This document shows, piece by piece, positions 43,761-56,085 of a stretch of 64,000 nt of DNA (its first letter is position 1; each line of letters opens with the position of its first letter). The notes beneath the pieces are model-generated. The model did not search any database. It saw only the letters and a program-made list of their open reading frames with translations, and was not told where the DNA came from. Source of the DNA: an uncultured Methanosarcinaceae archaeon (lineage in GTDB: Archaea > Halobacteriota > Methanosarcinia > Methanosarcinales > Methanosarcinaceae); the NCBI GenBank assembly GCA_963733675.1, contig CAVTET010000001.1:64001-128000 (forward strand), read 5' to 3'. Position numbers and translations under genes: made by a program.

Positions 43761-44777
43761 TCACAAACTTTCTTCATTTCTTCGATATAGATTAAATTTT
43801 TTGCAGATAACTACAGAAACCCAGATTGTAGATGCAGGAATGAAGGTTTTCAGAAATTCTATTGCAAATAAGTAATTTGTACAAAACCTGCAGTCTAGAA
43901 TCATTTTTGACACTTCAAACAGCAGGAGTGCGATAAACACCCGTGTAGCTAGCTGTCCCGCAGTTCCGGTGTCATCTGGCATTCCTTTTCTTATAATAAG
44001 GAGATATGCAACATTCATGCCAAGTAAATATCCCGTATCAGTGCTTAAAGGATGAGAGCTTATCAGAGAGAATGATACGAGTATAATAGGAATAACGAAC
44101 ATAAAACAGTAAAAAAATAAATTCTCGCGTCTGAAAGCTAATTCGAAACTCTCTTTTTTAAAAAAATCTTGTTTTAGCGAGCTTTTCAGAAAATACGCAA
44201 ACACGACTATGGAAATTAACCCGATGATAGCTCCACCTACAACATCTCCTATGAAATGTTTCCCTAGGTATACTCTTGAAAATGTCATCAATACCATCGC
44301 GAAAGGAGTTTATATTTTGATTAACCGATTGTCGAAAACAGTGGCACTCCCTCCCCATAGTGCGGTCGTAAGCGACACATGTCCTGAAGGAAAACCAAAA
44401 GAACCAGATTTATAAGTTTCTTGAAGACGAAATGTGTTAAGAATCTGGTTGTCAGGAAGAGCAAAAATGCCTTTTATTTCATTCCCACTAAAACTCGATG
44501 TACTTGTTATGTTATTTTCTAGGTTACTGATTTTTTTATCCACATAATAAGGCCTTGGAAATCCGACTAATATTTTTAGAATATCGGTAAATATGTCTGT
44601 CCACATAAATAGCTGAAACAGGAGAAAACTTTTTTTAAAATCAATACCAAAAATAGCTATAACTATGATTGGCACTATTAACGAGGGATATCCCATTTGA
44701 GTTATTTGTTGCATTAGATGTGTAAAAAATTGCTTTCCAAGGTGTTGGAGGCAAATTATAGGTTCAGTCTGGAACAT
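43761..44777 (-). pseudogene. PAP2-family membrane phosphatase split by an in-frame TAA at 44310-44312
   Basis: K..PRP and GFPSGH precede the stop; SRVYLGKHF follows it in the same frame. Confidence 0.85.
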
Positions 44778-44959
44778 TTTATAGCTCCCAAAAAAATAGT
44801 TTTATGGATTTGAATCCTATCAAAAAACACTCTTACATTTTTGAATCATTTAATACTTCTTTTGGACTAAGACCAGTAGCCAGCCCACAATAGCATCCAT
44901 GCTACCAGCTTATGGAGGTAGGTAGAAGATTAAAACCCAAAAACGATCCAATCTTCCAT

Positions 44960-45590
44960 TAACTCATTTCTTTTCTTTGCTATGAGTCCTTCAATATACT
45001 GCTCTTATTGGCATGCAATGGCTCCATCATACAGAGTAATTATGTTTTCAGCATTTTGCGTCGCATTTTGAGAAAAATTATAACTCTCCGTAACAACTAC
45101 CCACTGATCGACCATTAACACCTTATTGTGCATGAAATCATGAGGTCCATTTTCACTATATGGAGTGGAATGTTTTTCAACAAGGTTACTCTTTTATGAC
45201 ATTCTATTGCGCAATTTGGCTCGGCCAGTGCCACGAGTATTTCTTTCGAAGTCTTTTATAACCTGGTTTATCTCCAGCCCGTCGTAAACTCCAGATACAT
45301 TAACACTGCGTTCTATTGCATCAACAAGAGCACCTAAAACTGCTCCTGAAGAGATCACCATTGGAACAAGCATTATCTCGTTTTTGCTGTCGAGATTTGG
45401 CTGGCGATATTTAGATCCATTGCTACGCCATCACCAGGAGCAAAATCCACATCAATATCTACATCGTCGATTTCAGTTTCTCCATGATCATTCTTGCCTG
45501 TCCCAGTGATCCGTTCCGCCTCCCACAGTTCTGCAAAGTCAATTTAATAATCACTTGTGATATCTTGTGATTCCAAGGTAACAAGTTTAA
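44960..45590 (-). pseudogene. Phospholipase D-family gene remnant
   Basis: HDFMHNKVLMVD..TESYNFSQNATQNAEN (HKD motif); stops and frameshifts; 5' end missing. Confidence 0.75.
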
Positions 45591-46134
45591 ATCTACATTC
45601 AGACACATGATTACACTAAAACATTTTATTTCGGGATGATATCATAGTGTATTTACGGATCATTAAATATTAACTAAATATGATATTTGATATAATTTTT
45701 CCACGTTATCTATATAGTGACAACTTTAACTAAATAATAACAAGTGTCCATAGTCATAATACCACAGACCATTACAGCAACCTTTTGGTATAAAAGATTG
45801 CTAATCAACTAATATCCATATCGAAAAATGTAAACAGTATGGCGAAACATATTAAGAAATTCTATTCTATTAAAAATGAAAAAATAGAGATATGTGTTAA
45901 AAATTTATTGAGTTGGCCTATGATATTGAAAAATGGAGTTTTTGATTCAGTTTCTTCATGTTTTTAGTTTTGTTTAAAGTATTATATAATTATTTTTTAT
46001 GTTTTTTTATTCATGATTGTGGTTTAGGCTAATTTATTCCAAGTGTTCCAGGAGCTTCATTTGTTCCATGAGTCACATAAGCTCCATGAGTCATAGATCC
46101 ATAACTTTTTCTTATTTCTTATGGAACTCAGAAA

Positions 46135-46166
46135 ATGCATAGTTTTCAACACAAAAACTGTGCATC
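46135..46166. repeat. Dispersed ~32-bp imperfect palindrome (also ~32919, 35599, 36773, 37804, 41351, 48855, 63132)
   Basis: Consensus ATGCACAG-TTTT-N5-AAAA-CTGTGCAT. Confidence 0.7.
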
Positions 46167-46671
46167 AGTCAAAATGAAAAATCATCTTTTTTGCGCCAAA
46201 AAAAGGATATAGAGTCAATCAAAATTTTCAGATTTTTAGGTACATTGTAGTGAGAGTTGAGTTGGCTTTAAAAATTCAATATTTTTTCAAGAAAAAGAAA
46301 TTGAAAATCAGATAATTGCCAGAAAATTATTAGACAGGAGTAATATGATCGTGAATATAATTTTAAAATAAGAATTTCAAAGACTATATGAGCTTACATA
46401 CGATCAGAGAAGATTCATAGACTGAAAGTGTTCATTCATGTGAATTGCTTCGTATTAAGAGAAAATAGTATGTATTTGGGTGTGGAGCAGGATGGAACGT
46501 TCCATATGATTTTTTTTCTCATAAAGTCAATTCAGCTATCACAAAACACTAGCAAATTAATTAATGTTTAGAATTATAAATTTTCAATAGGTTATTTGCT
46601 CTACTTATACGGTCGATACTGGAATCAAGACATTGATTATCTAGTTTCAAATCGGAGATTGTGGAATAATT

Positions 46672-46880
46672 TTTTTGTTAGAAACTATTTTTTTAATAGT
46701 TAATTTGTTCAACATTAAAATATATCATTAAGAAGTATATTTTATTTAGAAACTGTTTTTTGTATGGTTAAATTTTATGGCAAGCTGAATTTCATTCGAA
46801 AACTATTTTTTTGTATAGTTAAATTTTATGACAAAGTAAATTTTATTCAGAAACTATTTTTTGTACAGTTTATTTAATAT
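46672..46880 (+). promoter_or_regulatory. Four tandem copies of a (C)AGAAACTATTTTTTRTAxxGTTAA-like motif
   Basis: Copies start near 46680, 46748, 46798 and 46849; single copies near 35760 and 37981. Confidence 0.5.
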
Positions 46881-46960
46881 GATTTAGGAAAATTAGAAAT
46901 TGTGTCGAAGAGAGAACTTATAGAAAACAAAAAAAATCAAACTTTGAAGAGGTAAAAATC

Positions 46961-47394
46961 ATGGTTGATTTCAAAAACTGTATGGATAAAGCAGCAGCTG
47001 AAAGGGGAGTAAACTTCAAAGGACTTTTGATACAAAAAGCTTCTATCAAAAACGGCGTAGGAAGAATAGCCGAGGATATTCTGGGATGGGATTGTCTCAT
47101 TCAAGGAATAAATCGAGAATGCTATGAATTTTATGTACCTGAACCAGGACATATATGGCATCCGTTAATCATTAGAAAAGAATGCCCTATTGGAATACGA
47201 ATCATTGACTCCTATGAAGTTGATTTTAAAGAAGCAATAAAGATTTTTCACGAGTACATTCATGAAGAGTGGTTCGTAGCTATGAGACTTTCCTGGCCAT
47301 TAACACCAGAATCTCTAGACCATATTGGCACATCAGATCAATAACGGGTGAAGAGGTTGCTATAGGCGCCGACAGTGGTACCCCATGCACATGA
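46961..47394 (+). pseudogene. Hypothetical protein with a probable frameshift near 47315
   Basis: ORF 46961..47344; an alternative frame continues PYWHIRSITGEEVAIGADSGTPCT* to 47394. Confidence 0.5.
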
Positions 47395-47559
47395 AGAAAT
47401 GTTCGTATATATGAAACTTTAATAGATAAGGAGATGAAAAATTAACGAGATTTGAACGGACAATTACAATTTTATCAATAGTATTTGTTTTCAGTTAACT
47501 GCATATTCGAAAGTAGGCTAATGGAAGAACAAATCTTTAGTAATTAGGTAGGTGAAAAT

Positions 47560-48573
47560 ATGCCCATAAACAAATATGGTGTGCTGAAGGGAAAGGCCAT
47601 AGATATGATGAATGGTCAAGGATCGAAACCTCATTTTCAGGTGAAAATCATTGATGATGATCTATTCAGAATAGCCATTGATGTCAAATCCCAGGAGGAG
47701 CCCTCAACCGTGCTCTACTATTTAGACGAGGATTTTAACCATCCTATCATTAAAGACCTTGGGACTCTATCCCCAGGCTTCCAGGATTTAGAGAGTCGGC
47801 CGGGGGGGAATGCACTAGATTACATTCGGGGGAATCTCTTTGATACAACACAAATGAAACCACTGCCCTATAACCTTCCAGGACCTGATAACGACCTTAA
47901 TGAGTTATTTCACAAATATGTTGATAAAGCAATTTCCATGGAAACTAGTGAGATATATGCTTTTGGCCAGCATTGGGGACCAGAGAATAACAAACGCGAC
48001 CAATACTTCGGTTTCAAGCCTGTAAATGGCATCCATGATATACATATGAACCAGGGTAATAGAGATCAATGGATAAATGATGATGGAACATGGCAGGACG
48101 GTGGCATCCTATTCCATTACCCTGACGAGAATAGATGGGTAGCCATCTTCCTGGCCTTTCAATCGCAGTGCTTCCACACATACGACACTACAGGTCACTT
48201 AATTCCAGAGGCATGCGAAGCTCAAACTGTTGCTGCTGCTGCTGCCGCTACAATCGACAAGCGTGTGAGCATTATTGCTGCCTTGGTGAACCCGGTAGGT
48301 TCTGAAGAAAGGAACGTTACCATCCTTAATGCTACTCCCGAGTCGGTTACACTTAACGGGTGGAAGTTGGCTGATAGGACTAAAATGAAGATGGATATGG
48401 CAGGAACTTTGAATGCTGGAGAAATCATGAAGATTCCGATTACAGTTGATGACTTCAAGTTACCCAAAGATGGTGGAATCATAACCCTATTGGATGATAA
48501 GGGTTTAAAGGTTGATGGAGTCAGCTATACAGAGGAGGATGCCTCCAAAGAAGGATGGACCACAGTCTTCTAA
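47560..48573 (+). CDS. YukJ/DUF2278-family protein with C-terminal lamin-tail-like domain
   Basis: YGVLKG, LDYIRGNLF, GIHDIHMNQG, WQDGG and FLAFQSQ; C-terminal IIAALVNP..LNGWKL..GGIITLLD. Confidence 0.8.
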   Translation: MPINKYGVLKGKAIDMMNGQGSKPHFQVKIIDDDLFRIAIDVKSQEEPSTVLYYLDEDFNHPIIKDLGTLSPGFQDLESRPGGNALDYIRGNLFDTTQMKPLPYNLPGPDNDLNELFHKYVDKAISMETSEIYAFGQHWGPENNKRDQYFGFKPVNGIHDIHMNQGNRDQWINDDGTWQDGGILFHYPDENRWVAIFLAFQSQCFHTYDTTGHLIPEACEAQTVAAAAAATIDKRVSIIAALVNPVGSEERNVTILNATPESVTLNGWKLADRTKMKMDMAGTLNAGEIMKIPITVDDFKLPKDGGIITLLDDKGLKVDGVSYTEEDASKEGWTTVF

Positions 48574-49028
48574 GCACCTACTCTAAAAGAGGAAGATGTT
48601 GATCTTATCTCGAATTAAATATACTACTGTGGGTATATATTCAAAGTGACTGTCCCTGCTACGACAGTATAGACAACTCTTCCAAGCTTTCATGTAATCT
48701 TTTTCAATGCGCTTGATTTAGCAGTATGCATAATTTTATATGAAATTTTCTATGTACCCTTTAATCTTTTGTTTCGATTACTGTTCAATTATTTCCATGG
48801 CAGCATAAGGAAATATGTTTTGTAAGTCATTTATATTCAATATGTAATTGCTAAATGCACAGTTTTTTGTACTAAAATCTTTGTACATTATAAGTTTTAT
48901 TCCAAATTAAGCATGTGGCAAAGCAATTGAAATTAACCCGCAGGACACAATAATTTGGGATGGTGAAGTCATTGAATTAAGGAAATTAGGTGATTTATAA
49001 GATCAGAAATTTCCTTATTTGGCTTACA

Positions 49029-50090
49029 CTATCTAAAAAAGTTTCCTCGGAAAGATTGAATTGAGAAGTAACAAAAAAATACAATTATAAGTCCAACAAT
49101 AATGAAGCCAATAGTTTTAAAAATGTCGAAACGTTTCTTCGGAATTTCTATAAGGGTGTTGAAGGCAGGAATACTTTTCGGATATTTAAGATATTTAATT
49201 ACTCCAGGTTTGTGCCCTGCTCCTATCACCACAACAACAGTTTTGTTTCCACCTGCAGCGACATTAAGTATATTTCCTGCAAGATACGCGTCGCGTTCAT
49301 CAATTAATACCTCTGCTGCTGTAGGGGCAAAACCCCTGAGTTCGCTTACAAGTGTAGTTACAACATCCTGTTCTGTTATTTGATCGATGTCTATATCAGT
49401 TCCTTTTCCAACTCCTATAAGACCATCGAGCAGAGAGATAATCATCCTTATTTTCTCCAGAAATTTCATCTTTCTCCAGAATCGTTGAAGAGTTACTTGG
49501 ATATCTCTGTCGATTAAGGCAACTTTAGACCCTAAAGTTTCGGCTTCCTCGATTGCAGCAAGCATCTCAGCGCCTGGTTTTACGCCCATGTCTTCCCCTA
49601 TCTTTTTTTGTATATAAGCAAGAACACATTGAATGGTGTAGTAGTAGATCTTTCCTTCAAAAAGAATATCTTTGATAGGAACCTGGTTCTCCTGGATATT
49701 CCCTTTTATGGAATCATAACGCCCCCTACAGAGCTCGACAGCAACTACATCTGGTTTCAGATTTTTGATAGCGTCTTTAACTTCGGCAACACTCTTTTCT
49801 GAAACATGTGCTGTTCCTATGAGCACAACTTTTGAAGGGTGGTATTCATCCTTGCTGTCACATGGGAATTGAGGAAGCAAAGGAATTGAGATTTCCACAG
49901 CTGAGTCGGTGAGCGTCTCTGTAAAAAATTCGGAAGTTATACCCAATTTTGCTTCGGTCTCCCTGGGTTCTACTGTAGATGAGGGGAAAGGAACTTCATT
50001 TTTTCTTTGTATGTCAATTGGAGAATCAGATGGTTTAGACTTATCGACAGAAATAGAATTTTCTATGGATTCGGTCACAAGTTTGTTCAT
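49029..50090 (-). CDS. TraB/GumN (pheromone-shutdown-like) protein, probably C-terminally truncated
   Basis: IGTAHVS, VAVELC, PGAEM, LIDRDI, LIDERD and VIGAGH; ends after a single TM helix. Confidence 0.8.
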   Translation of the reverse strand: MNKLVTESIENSISVDKSKPSDSPIDIQRKNEVPFPSSTVEPRETEAKLGITSEFFTETLTDSAVEISIPLLPQFPCDSKDEYHPSKVVLIGTAHVSEKSVAEVKDAIKNLKPDVVAVELCRGRYDSIKGNIQENQVPIKDILFEGKIYYYTIQCVLAYIQKKIGEDMGVKPGAEMLAAIEEAETLGSKVALIDRDIQVTLQRFWRKMKFLEKIRMIISLLDGLIGVGKGTDIDIDQITEQDVVTTLVSELRGFAPTAAEVLIDERDAYLAGNILNVAAGGNKTVVVVIGAGHKPGVIKYLKYPKSIPAFNTLIEIPKKRFDIFKTIGFIIVGLIIVFFCYFSIQSFRGNFFR

Positions 50091-50509
50091 AGAATATATC
50101 GACTCCTAATATTAACTGTGGGAATTGTAGTCAGGGTCACTGTTATGGTTATCTGTAATTTAGGGCTATGCATTATCAATCTCTCTGCTATGAAGAATTA
50201 GGAATTTGGATGAGGATGCATTACTTAAAGGATTATAGGTTTTGTCCAGAGAGGTTGTTGAATTCCAAATAAAACGAATATATCTTCATAATTTTTATAA
50301 TAAGTTAAAGATGGTCTCTTGCTCACAGTTTCCAATAACTCATCTCAACTACCAGATTGAGTTTTGTAGCATGAATAATATAACTCTCTCCCTAAAATAA
50401 CCAAGTTATAGAAAAGTTTAATTTCAAGCAAATAATTCTCTGATGTAATTACTTGTAGGAATTTATATCTTGCTGAGGTTATATTTTTTTATTTTTATTT
50501 ATATATATT

Positions 50510-52280
50510 TATTTTAAATTCTTGAAGTGTTTTTTTACTGTGGGACTATAAAATAGAATCTCTTAAATATTTAACTCGGATAATATCTGAAGCTGACGTA
50601 ATCATTATGTTTAAAATGCTTTTTTACAGTAATTTCATGGTCTTTCAGACTTTGAACTTGAGAAACAATGTATTGATAGGATTTCTTTTAGGAACTTTCT
50701 TAGTTTTTCCTGAGTACATACCAGACAGTACCACAGTCTGTTCATTCAGAAAAAGAATTATTGATAACTGCAAGGAAGAGTAAATATGGGGAAGTTGCAA
50801 AGCCAACTTAGAGCCTATCCGAAAAATAATCTACTTTCAATTTAAGATCATGTGTGGTAATGACAAAACGGAAAATTGTTCAGGACTACGAAATTTCTGA
50901 AGATTATTGGAAAAAAAATAGAACCTTTACTACCTGTACCTAAGCCAAAAAAGAAGTCTGGAAGACCTAGAAAGAGTGATAGGAAAATAATGAGTGGCAT
51001 TTTCTATCTCCTTGTTACTGGTTGCCAATGGAAAGCATCGCCACGATTTTATGGAGTGCCAAGCACTGTACATGATCGATTTCAGGAATGATAAAGATCA
51101 GGCTTATTTGAGAGCATGTGGATGGCTGGTCTTGTTGAGTATGATTTCGAAAAAGGATTAGAATGGGAATGACAATCAATTGATGGTGCTATGACAAAAG
51201 TACCATTAGGTGGAGCTGGAACAGGAGCCAATCCTACTGATCGTTGCAAAAAAGGCACAAAAAGGAGTGTTTTAAATGATGGTAAAGGCATACCACTTTC
51301 TGTTGTCTTTGATGGAGCCGATCGTCACGATAAAAAGCTTGTAAAAAGGACGTTAGATGCCATCTTCTTTGAAAGACCTTCTCCAGAAGACATAATTCAG
51401 AATATATGCATGGATAAGGGTTATGATTTCACCAATATCAGAAAATTGGTTGAAGAATATGGTTATACTGCGCATATCAAAAGTCGTGAAGAAGAAAACA
51501 TAAGAAGAGACATACCTGGTTTTAGGGCAAGAAGATGGGTTGTAGAAAGGACACATTCTTGGCTGATTAGATTCAGAAGACTCCTTATAAGATGGAAAAA
51601 GAAAATTGAAAATTACCTTGCTATGCTACATTTAGCGTGCGCATTGATAACATTCAGATCAGCAGGACTTTTCGGATAGCTTCTTAGTAGCCTTGGTTTG
51701 AAAATAAATATGGGAATGATTCAGGAAGCTGCTTTTGTCCATTCAGATTCTGGACATGCAAAAGAGGATAAGCCTCGGGAAAATGGAGCAAAAACAAAGA
51801 CAATCAGAGACATAATCTGGACAAAAAGGGTAATAAATCACACCTCGGATAGAAACTTCATAATATAATGTAAAGGGATTATGAGCTCACAGAAGATTTA
51901 AAAAACAACTACATAACTTCATGATTCGTATGTAGATTTATCTGAAAAAATAAAGTAGTTTGCAGAGACAGGAGACACTTTGGACCAAAATCAAAAGGTT
52001 ATTATTTAACAATGAAAAGAGTAGTAAAAGAATATCTTCTTGGAATGAGTGATGTATTATTAAGAAACAAAAGTATCAGCTTAAAAAGAGCTCAAGTAGA
52101 ATGAGTGTATACAGTAACTAAAAAGATACTCAAAGCAAGAAAAATTCTTTTTATTACTGTTCAAAGAGTAAATCTGAAGATGTTGTGTACGGCTTCTTGT
52201 TACACTCTATCTTCAGTTGCTGACATTGAAATTAAAAGGGTTATTTTAAGGATAGCGTAAGCTATCTTTAAGATAAAAAA
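50510..52280 (+). pseudogene. Degraded IS5-family transposase interrupted by a second IS
   Basis: Fragments LQSQL | SLGLKI..GMIQEAAFVHSDSGHAKEDKPR..SHLG*KLH..TSxHDSxVDLSEK flank the insertion; boundaries approximate. Confidence 0.65.
50811..51683 (+). mobile_element. IS5-family element (IS1031/IS427-like) with TTA target duplication and a transposase disrupted by stops
   Basis: TIRs GAGCCTATCCGAAAA and TTTTCGGATAGCTTC; TTA at both flanks; GRP..TGCQW, DKGYD and RWVVERTHSW motifs. Confidence 0.9.
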
Positions 52281-52734
52281 ATAATGAACCAGAAATGAAA
52301 AAAATAGAGTTAACTACAGAAATTCGTGGGAAAGATACGAGCAGGATTCCCGCTAAGAAAAACAATTATATGTAAATTGGAGTCTTTTTGGTATTCTGTT
52401 CATTCTGATGTACCAAACAAGTTTTTAGGAGAAATATTTTATTCAATAATATATTTTTTGAGATCTTGTTACAAATATATATATTTTTTAATAAAGTTGG
52501 ATACTTTATGTGGGAAACTATATCTCATGCTTCCATTTATCTAGTACTTTCTTATTTCTAATGGTTCATATTTTGAGTAAGTTAAATGTGAAATAGTAAC
52601 CCATAATAATGATAATTTCAAAAATTCTGAAGGAAATATTTTCCTTCGAATGAAGTAAGAAGTCTGGGAAAGCACAATTTTTTTAAGCGAATCTTCAAGT
52701 TAATCCTAAAAAATCTAGCTGGAGAAGATGCATC

Positions 52735-53289
52735 ATGCAGGAAAAAATCAAAGAAATCGCGCATAGAGTTCGTGAACTACGGGAACTGTCAGAAATTCAG
52801 GTCAAAGAAATGGCAGAATATCTGCAGATATCCAATGAGACTTATAATAAATATGAAAGTGGAATTGAAGATTTTCCAGTAGGTATCCTTTTTAAAATTG
52901 CACACAAGCTGCACATAGACATGACTGTTCTCTTGACAGGGGAAGAGCCTCACATGAATATTTTTACCGTCACAAGGGATAATAAAGGGACAAGCGTTGA
53001 AAGGAGAAAGCAGTACCGATACAAGAACCTGGCTGAGCAATTTATCCATAAAAAAGCCGAGTTTTTCATAGTCTCAGTTGAACCCAAACCTCAGGAGATG
53101 ATTCCTGAAACAAACTCCCACCCAGGACAGGAGTTCAATTATGTGCTCGAGGGAACTTTAAAGGTTTATATTCACAATAACGAAATTATTCTGAAAGAAG
53201 GTGATTCAATTTATTTTGACTCCAATTATGAACATGCTATGGAATCTATGGGAGGTAAACCTGTTAAGTTCTTGGCAGTTATAATGTAA
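52735..53289 (+). CDS. XRE-family HTH plus cupin transcriptional regulator
   Basis: N-terminal HTH; [24 protein letters not shown]. Confidence 0.9.
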   Translation: MQEKIKEIAHRVRELRELSEIQVKEMAEYLQISNETYNKYESGIEDFPVGILFKIAHKLHIDMTVLLTGEEPHMNIFTVTRDNKGTSVERRKQYRYKNLAEQFIHKKAEFFIVSVEPKPQEMIPETNSHPGQEFNYVLEGTLKVYIHNNEIILKEGDSIYFDSNYEHAMESMGGKPVKFLAVIM

Positions 53290-53421
53290 ATTTAATATCA
53301 AACCAGATGAAAACTGGATGTTGTAGATAATGCCTCGAAAAAATTTTGAAACTCAAAATATCCTTAAGCTTTCTAAATACAGAATGCATGGACATACAAG
53401 TAAATATAACTGGTGTCAAAA

Positions 53422-55092
53422 ATGACTTCCTTGCTGAGCCAATTTGTTTCCCAAACCGATTTTGAATCTTATGAGGATTTCAAGGAAAATTTTAAAATCC
53501 TGATCCCTGAAAACTTCAATTTTGCCTATGACGTTGTAGATGCCTATGCGAGAGATTTCCCTGAGAAAGTTGCCATTGTTTGGTGTGACGATAATGGGGG
53601 TGAGAGAATCTTCACTTTCAAAGACCTCAAGTACTACAGTGATAAAACTGCAAATTTCTTCGCAAAACATGGGATAGGTAAAGGTGACCATGTGATGCTT
53701 ACCTTAAAGAGTCGTTATGAATTCTGGTACTGTATCTTGGGACTGCATAAACTTGGAGCTATTACTGTGCCTGCAACCCATATGCTCAAAACACGAGATA
53801 TAGTGTATCGGATCGAAAAAGTTGGATTGAAAATGATTGTCTGCATATCGGATGATGGAATTCCTGAACAGATGAACGAGTCCCATTCTCATTGTGGGAA
53901 TATCCCATTCAAAAAAGTAGTGGTTGGAGAAACAAATTTTGAAGGCTGGATTGATTTCAGGAAAGAACTTGAGGAGGTTTCCCCCTATTTTGAACGCCCT
54001 TCAGGTGAGGCTACTACTAAAAATGATGATATTTGTCTTGTTTATTTTTCTTCAGGAACTTCTGGTTTCTCAAAAGTGGTGGAGCATAACTTTACCTACC
54101 CTTTAGGCCATATTCTTACTGCAAAATACTGGCAGAACGTCGAAGATAACGGGTTACATTATACTGTTGCAGACAGTGGTTGGGGAAAATGCGCGTGGGG
54201 TAAAATCTACGGACAGTGGATAGCAGGTTGTGCGGTTTTTGTCTATGACTACAACAGGTTTGAAGCCAAAAATATGCTTGAAAAAGCCTCTAAATACGGT
54301 GTTACAACTTTCTGCGCACCACCTACAATATATCGATTCCTTATCAAGGAAGACTTGACCAAGTATAATTTCAGTACTCTTAAATATGCGGTTGTTGCGG
54401 GCGAACCCCTGAATCCGGAGGTATTTAATAGGTTCCTTAAATTCACAGGTATAAAGCTCATGGAGGGGTTCGGTCAGACTGAAACTGTTGTCGCTATTGC
54501 AACCTTTCCATGGATGGAACCTAAACCAGGATCTCTCGGAAAGCCAACTCCTGGTTATATGATTGAGCTTATGGATAAGGACGGCAGGTTATGTGAGGCA
54601 GGCGAAGAAGGAGAAATTGTAATCAACACAAAGGAAGAAAAACCTGCTGGGCTCTTCGTTCATTACGGGGGCGATCCTGAGAAAACTAAAGAAGCTTGGC
54701 ATGATGGTTATTACCACACAGGAGATATGGCATGGATGGATGAAGAAGGGTACTTCTGGTTTGTAGGAAGAGCTGATGATATTATCAAGACTTCTGGATA
54801 TAAAGTAGGACCTTTTGAAGTAGAAAGTGCTCTTATTCAGCACCCTGCAGTGCTCGAATGTGCAATAACTGGAGCTCCAGATCTTGAAAGGGGCCAGATC
54901 ATCAAGGCAACAGTTGTGCTTACAAAGGGCAATTTTTCTGGAGAAGCACTTAAAAAAGAGTTGCAAGAACACGTAAAAAAAGTCACTGCTCCTTACAAAT
55001 ATCCACGTATCATTGAATTTGTGGACGAACTTCCAAAAACAATTAGTGGAAAAATCCGAAGGGTAGAGATCAGGGATAGGGATCAAATTTAA
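53422..55092 (+). CDS. AMP-forming (medium-chain-type) acyl-CoA synthetase
   Basis: [25 protein letters not shown] and [10 protein letters not shown]. Confidence 0.92.
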   Translation: MTSLLSQFVSQTDFESYEDFKENFKILIPENFNFAYDVVDAYARDFPEKVAIVWCDDNGGERIFTFKDLKYYSDKTANFFAKHGIGKGDHVMLTLKSRYEFWYCILGLHKLGAITVPATHMLKTRDIVYRIEKVGLKMIVCISDDGIPEQMNESHSHCGNIPFKKVVVGETNFEGWIDFRKELEEVSPYFERPSGEATTKNDDICLVYFSSGTSGFSKVVEHNFTYPLGHILTAKYWQNVEDNGLHYTVADSGWGKCAWGKIYGQWIAGCAVFVYDYNRFEAKNMLEKASKYGVTTFCAPPTIYRFLIKEDLTKYNFSTLKYAVVAGEPLNPEVFNRFLKFTGIKLMEGFGQTETVVAIATFPWMEPKPGSLGKPTPGYMIELMDKDGRLCEAGEEGEIVINTKEEKPAGLFVHYGGDPEKTKEAWHDGYYHTGDMAWMDEEGYFWFVGRADDIIKTSGYKVGPFEVESALIQHPAVLECAITGAPDLERGQIIKATVVLTKGNFSGEALKKELQEHVKKVTAPYKYPRIIEFVDELPKTISGKIRRVEIRDRDQI

Positions 55093-55599
55093 TAAGGGAA
55101 GTATAATAATAAGGAAACTGTATGAATTTATAACAAAATTGGAACTCGCTAAAACTAACCAGTCTTTTTCCAGAAAAAAGCCACATAATTAGTCAGATAA
55201 TATACCTCTAAAAATAAAATATATTCTTAATTTATTTTTATTATATTTGAATTTTTCGTAGCTTGCAGCGGGGATGAAAACTTCTCAGCGAAATGTTATT
55301 AACTAACTACCATAAATATCTCTACTGTCCAAAGCTATCGTTTACTACTACTTGAAAATTAATTAATGCTGGGTTAAATAAATAATAAACACTTTATTTA
55401 TTTTGTTACACTGTGACATGTAACGGCAATTATATGAAAGAGACTAAATTTTCTAGATATGATATCTATATTGCGTTTTTTGGTTTCCTAAAGTTATTGA
55501 TATAAAATTTTGTTTTCGAAGGATGAGGACTTTAAGTCTCTAGAGCAAGTTCAGATTCATTGTAGTTCCTAAATTTACGAGCGCTAGTTTTCTATTCTT

Positions 55600-55690
55600 A
55601 GAGAATTTCGATAAACTTCAGATTTCAACAAATTGCATATATAGGCTTTATAAACAACCAGCCTAAAATTGGGGTTTATCGAAATCTTCC
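55600..55690. repeat. ~90-bp MITE-like family (also ~111-200, 10985-11071, 17860-17946, 19941 partial, 39441-39526, 61252-61343)
   Basis: Ends approximate AGAGRATTTCGATAAAC ... GTTTATCGAAATCCTCT. Confidence 0.75.
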
Positions 55691-55929
55691 TTAGCATTTA
55701 TCTTAATTTTAGCCCCATAATTTAAATATACAATGTAATCAATCCTTTTTTATCTATTTTTTGGAGTTTTCACAATTTCAATAAATATGACTATATCCTG
55801 TTTCGAAATTTATATATTGTAAATTTGATCTTGGCTACAACTGAATACCACGTAACCATAAAAATAGTTATCCATAGACACCATCCTCTCCACGCCGATC
55901 ATCCAGCTCGATCACACCGACTTAACAAA

Positions 55930-56085
55930 TATAGCATTGACCCTCAGGATTCAGATGCTTGGGCAGGCAAAGGACTTGTTTTAGATGAACTAAATAAATC
56001 CGATGAAGCAATAAAAACATTTGATAAAGTAATTGAACTTAACTAGCAGAATTCAATAGCTTTGAAATTCAAAAAATTGATCTAA
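55930..56085 (+). pseudogene. TPR fragment
   Basis: IDPQDSDAWAGKGLVLDELNKSDEAIKTFDKVIELN*QNS. Confidence 0.65.

Noticed and set aside
46672-46880. Possible CRISPR mini-array
   Set aside because: Repeats are degenerate and AT-rich, spacers are short and uneven, and no cas genes are in the window
48231-48249. GCT repeat encoding a poly-Ala run in the DUF2278 gene
   Set aside because: Short in-frame interdomain linker; no sign of phase variation
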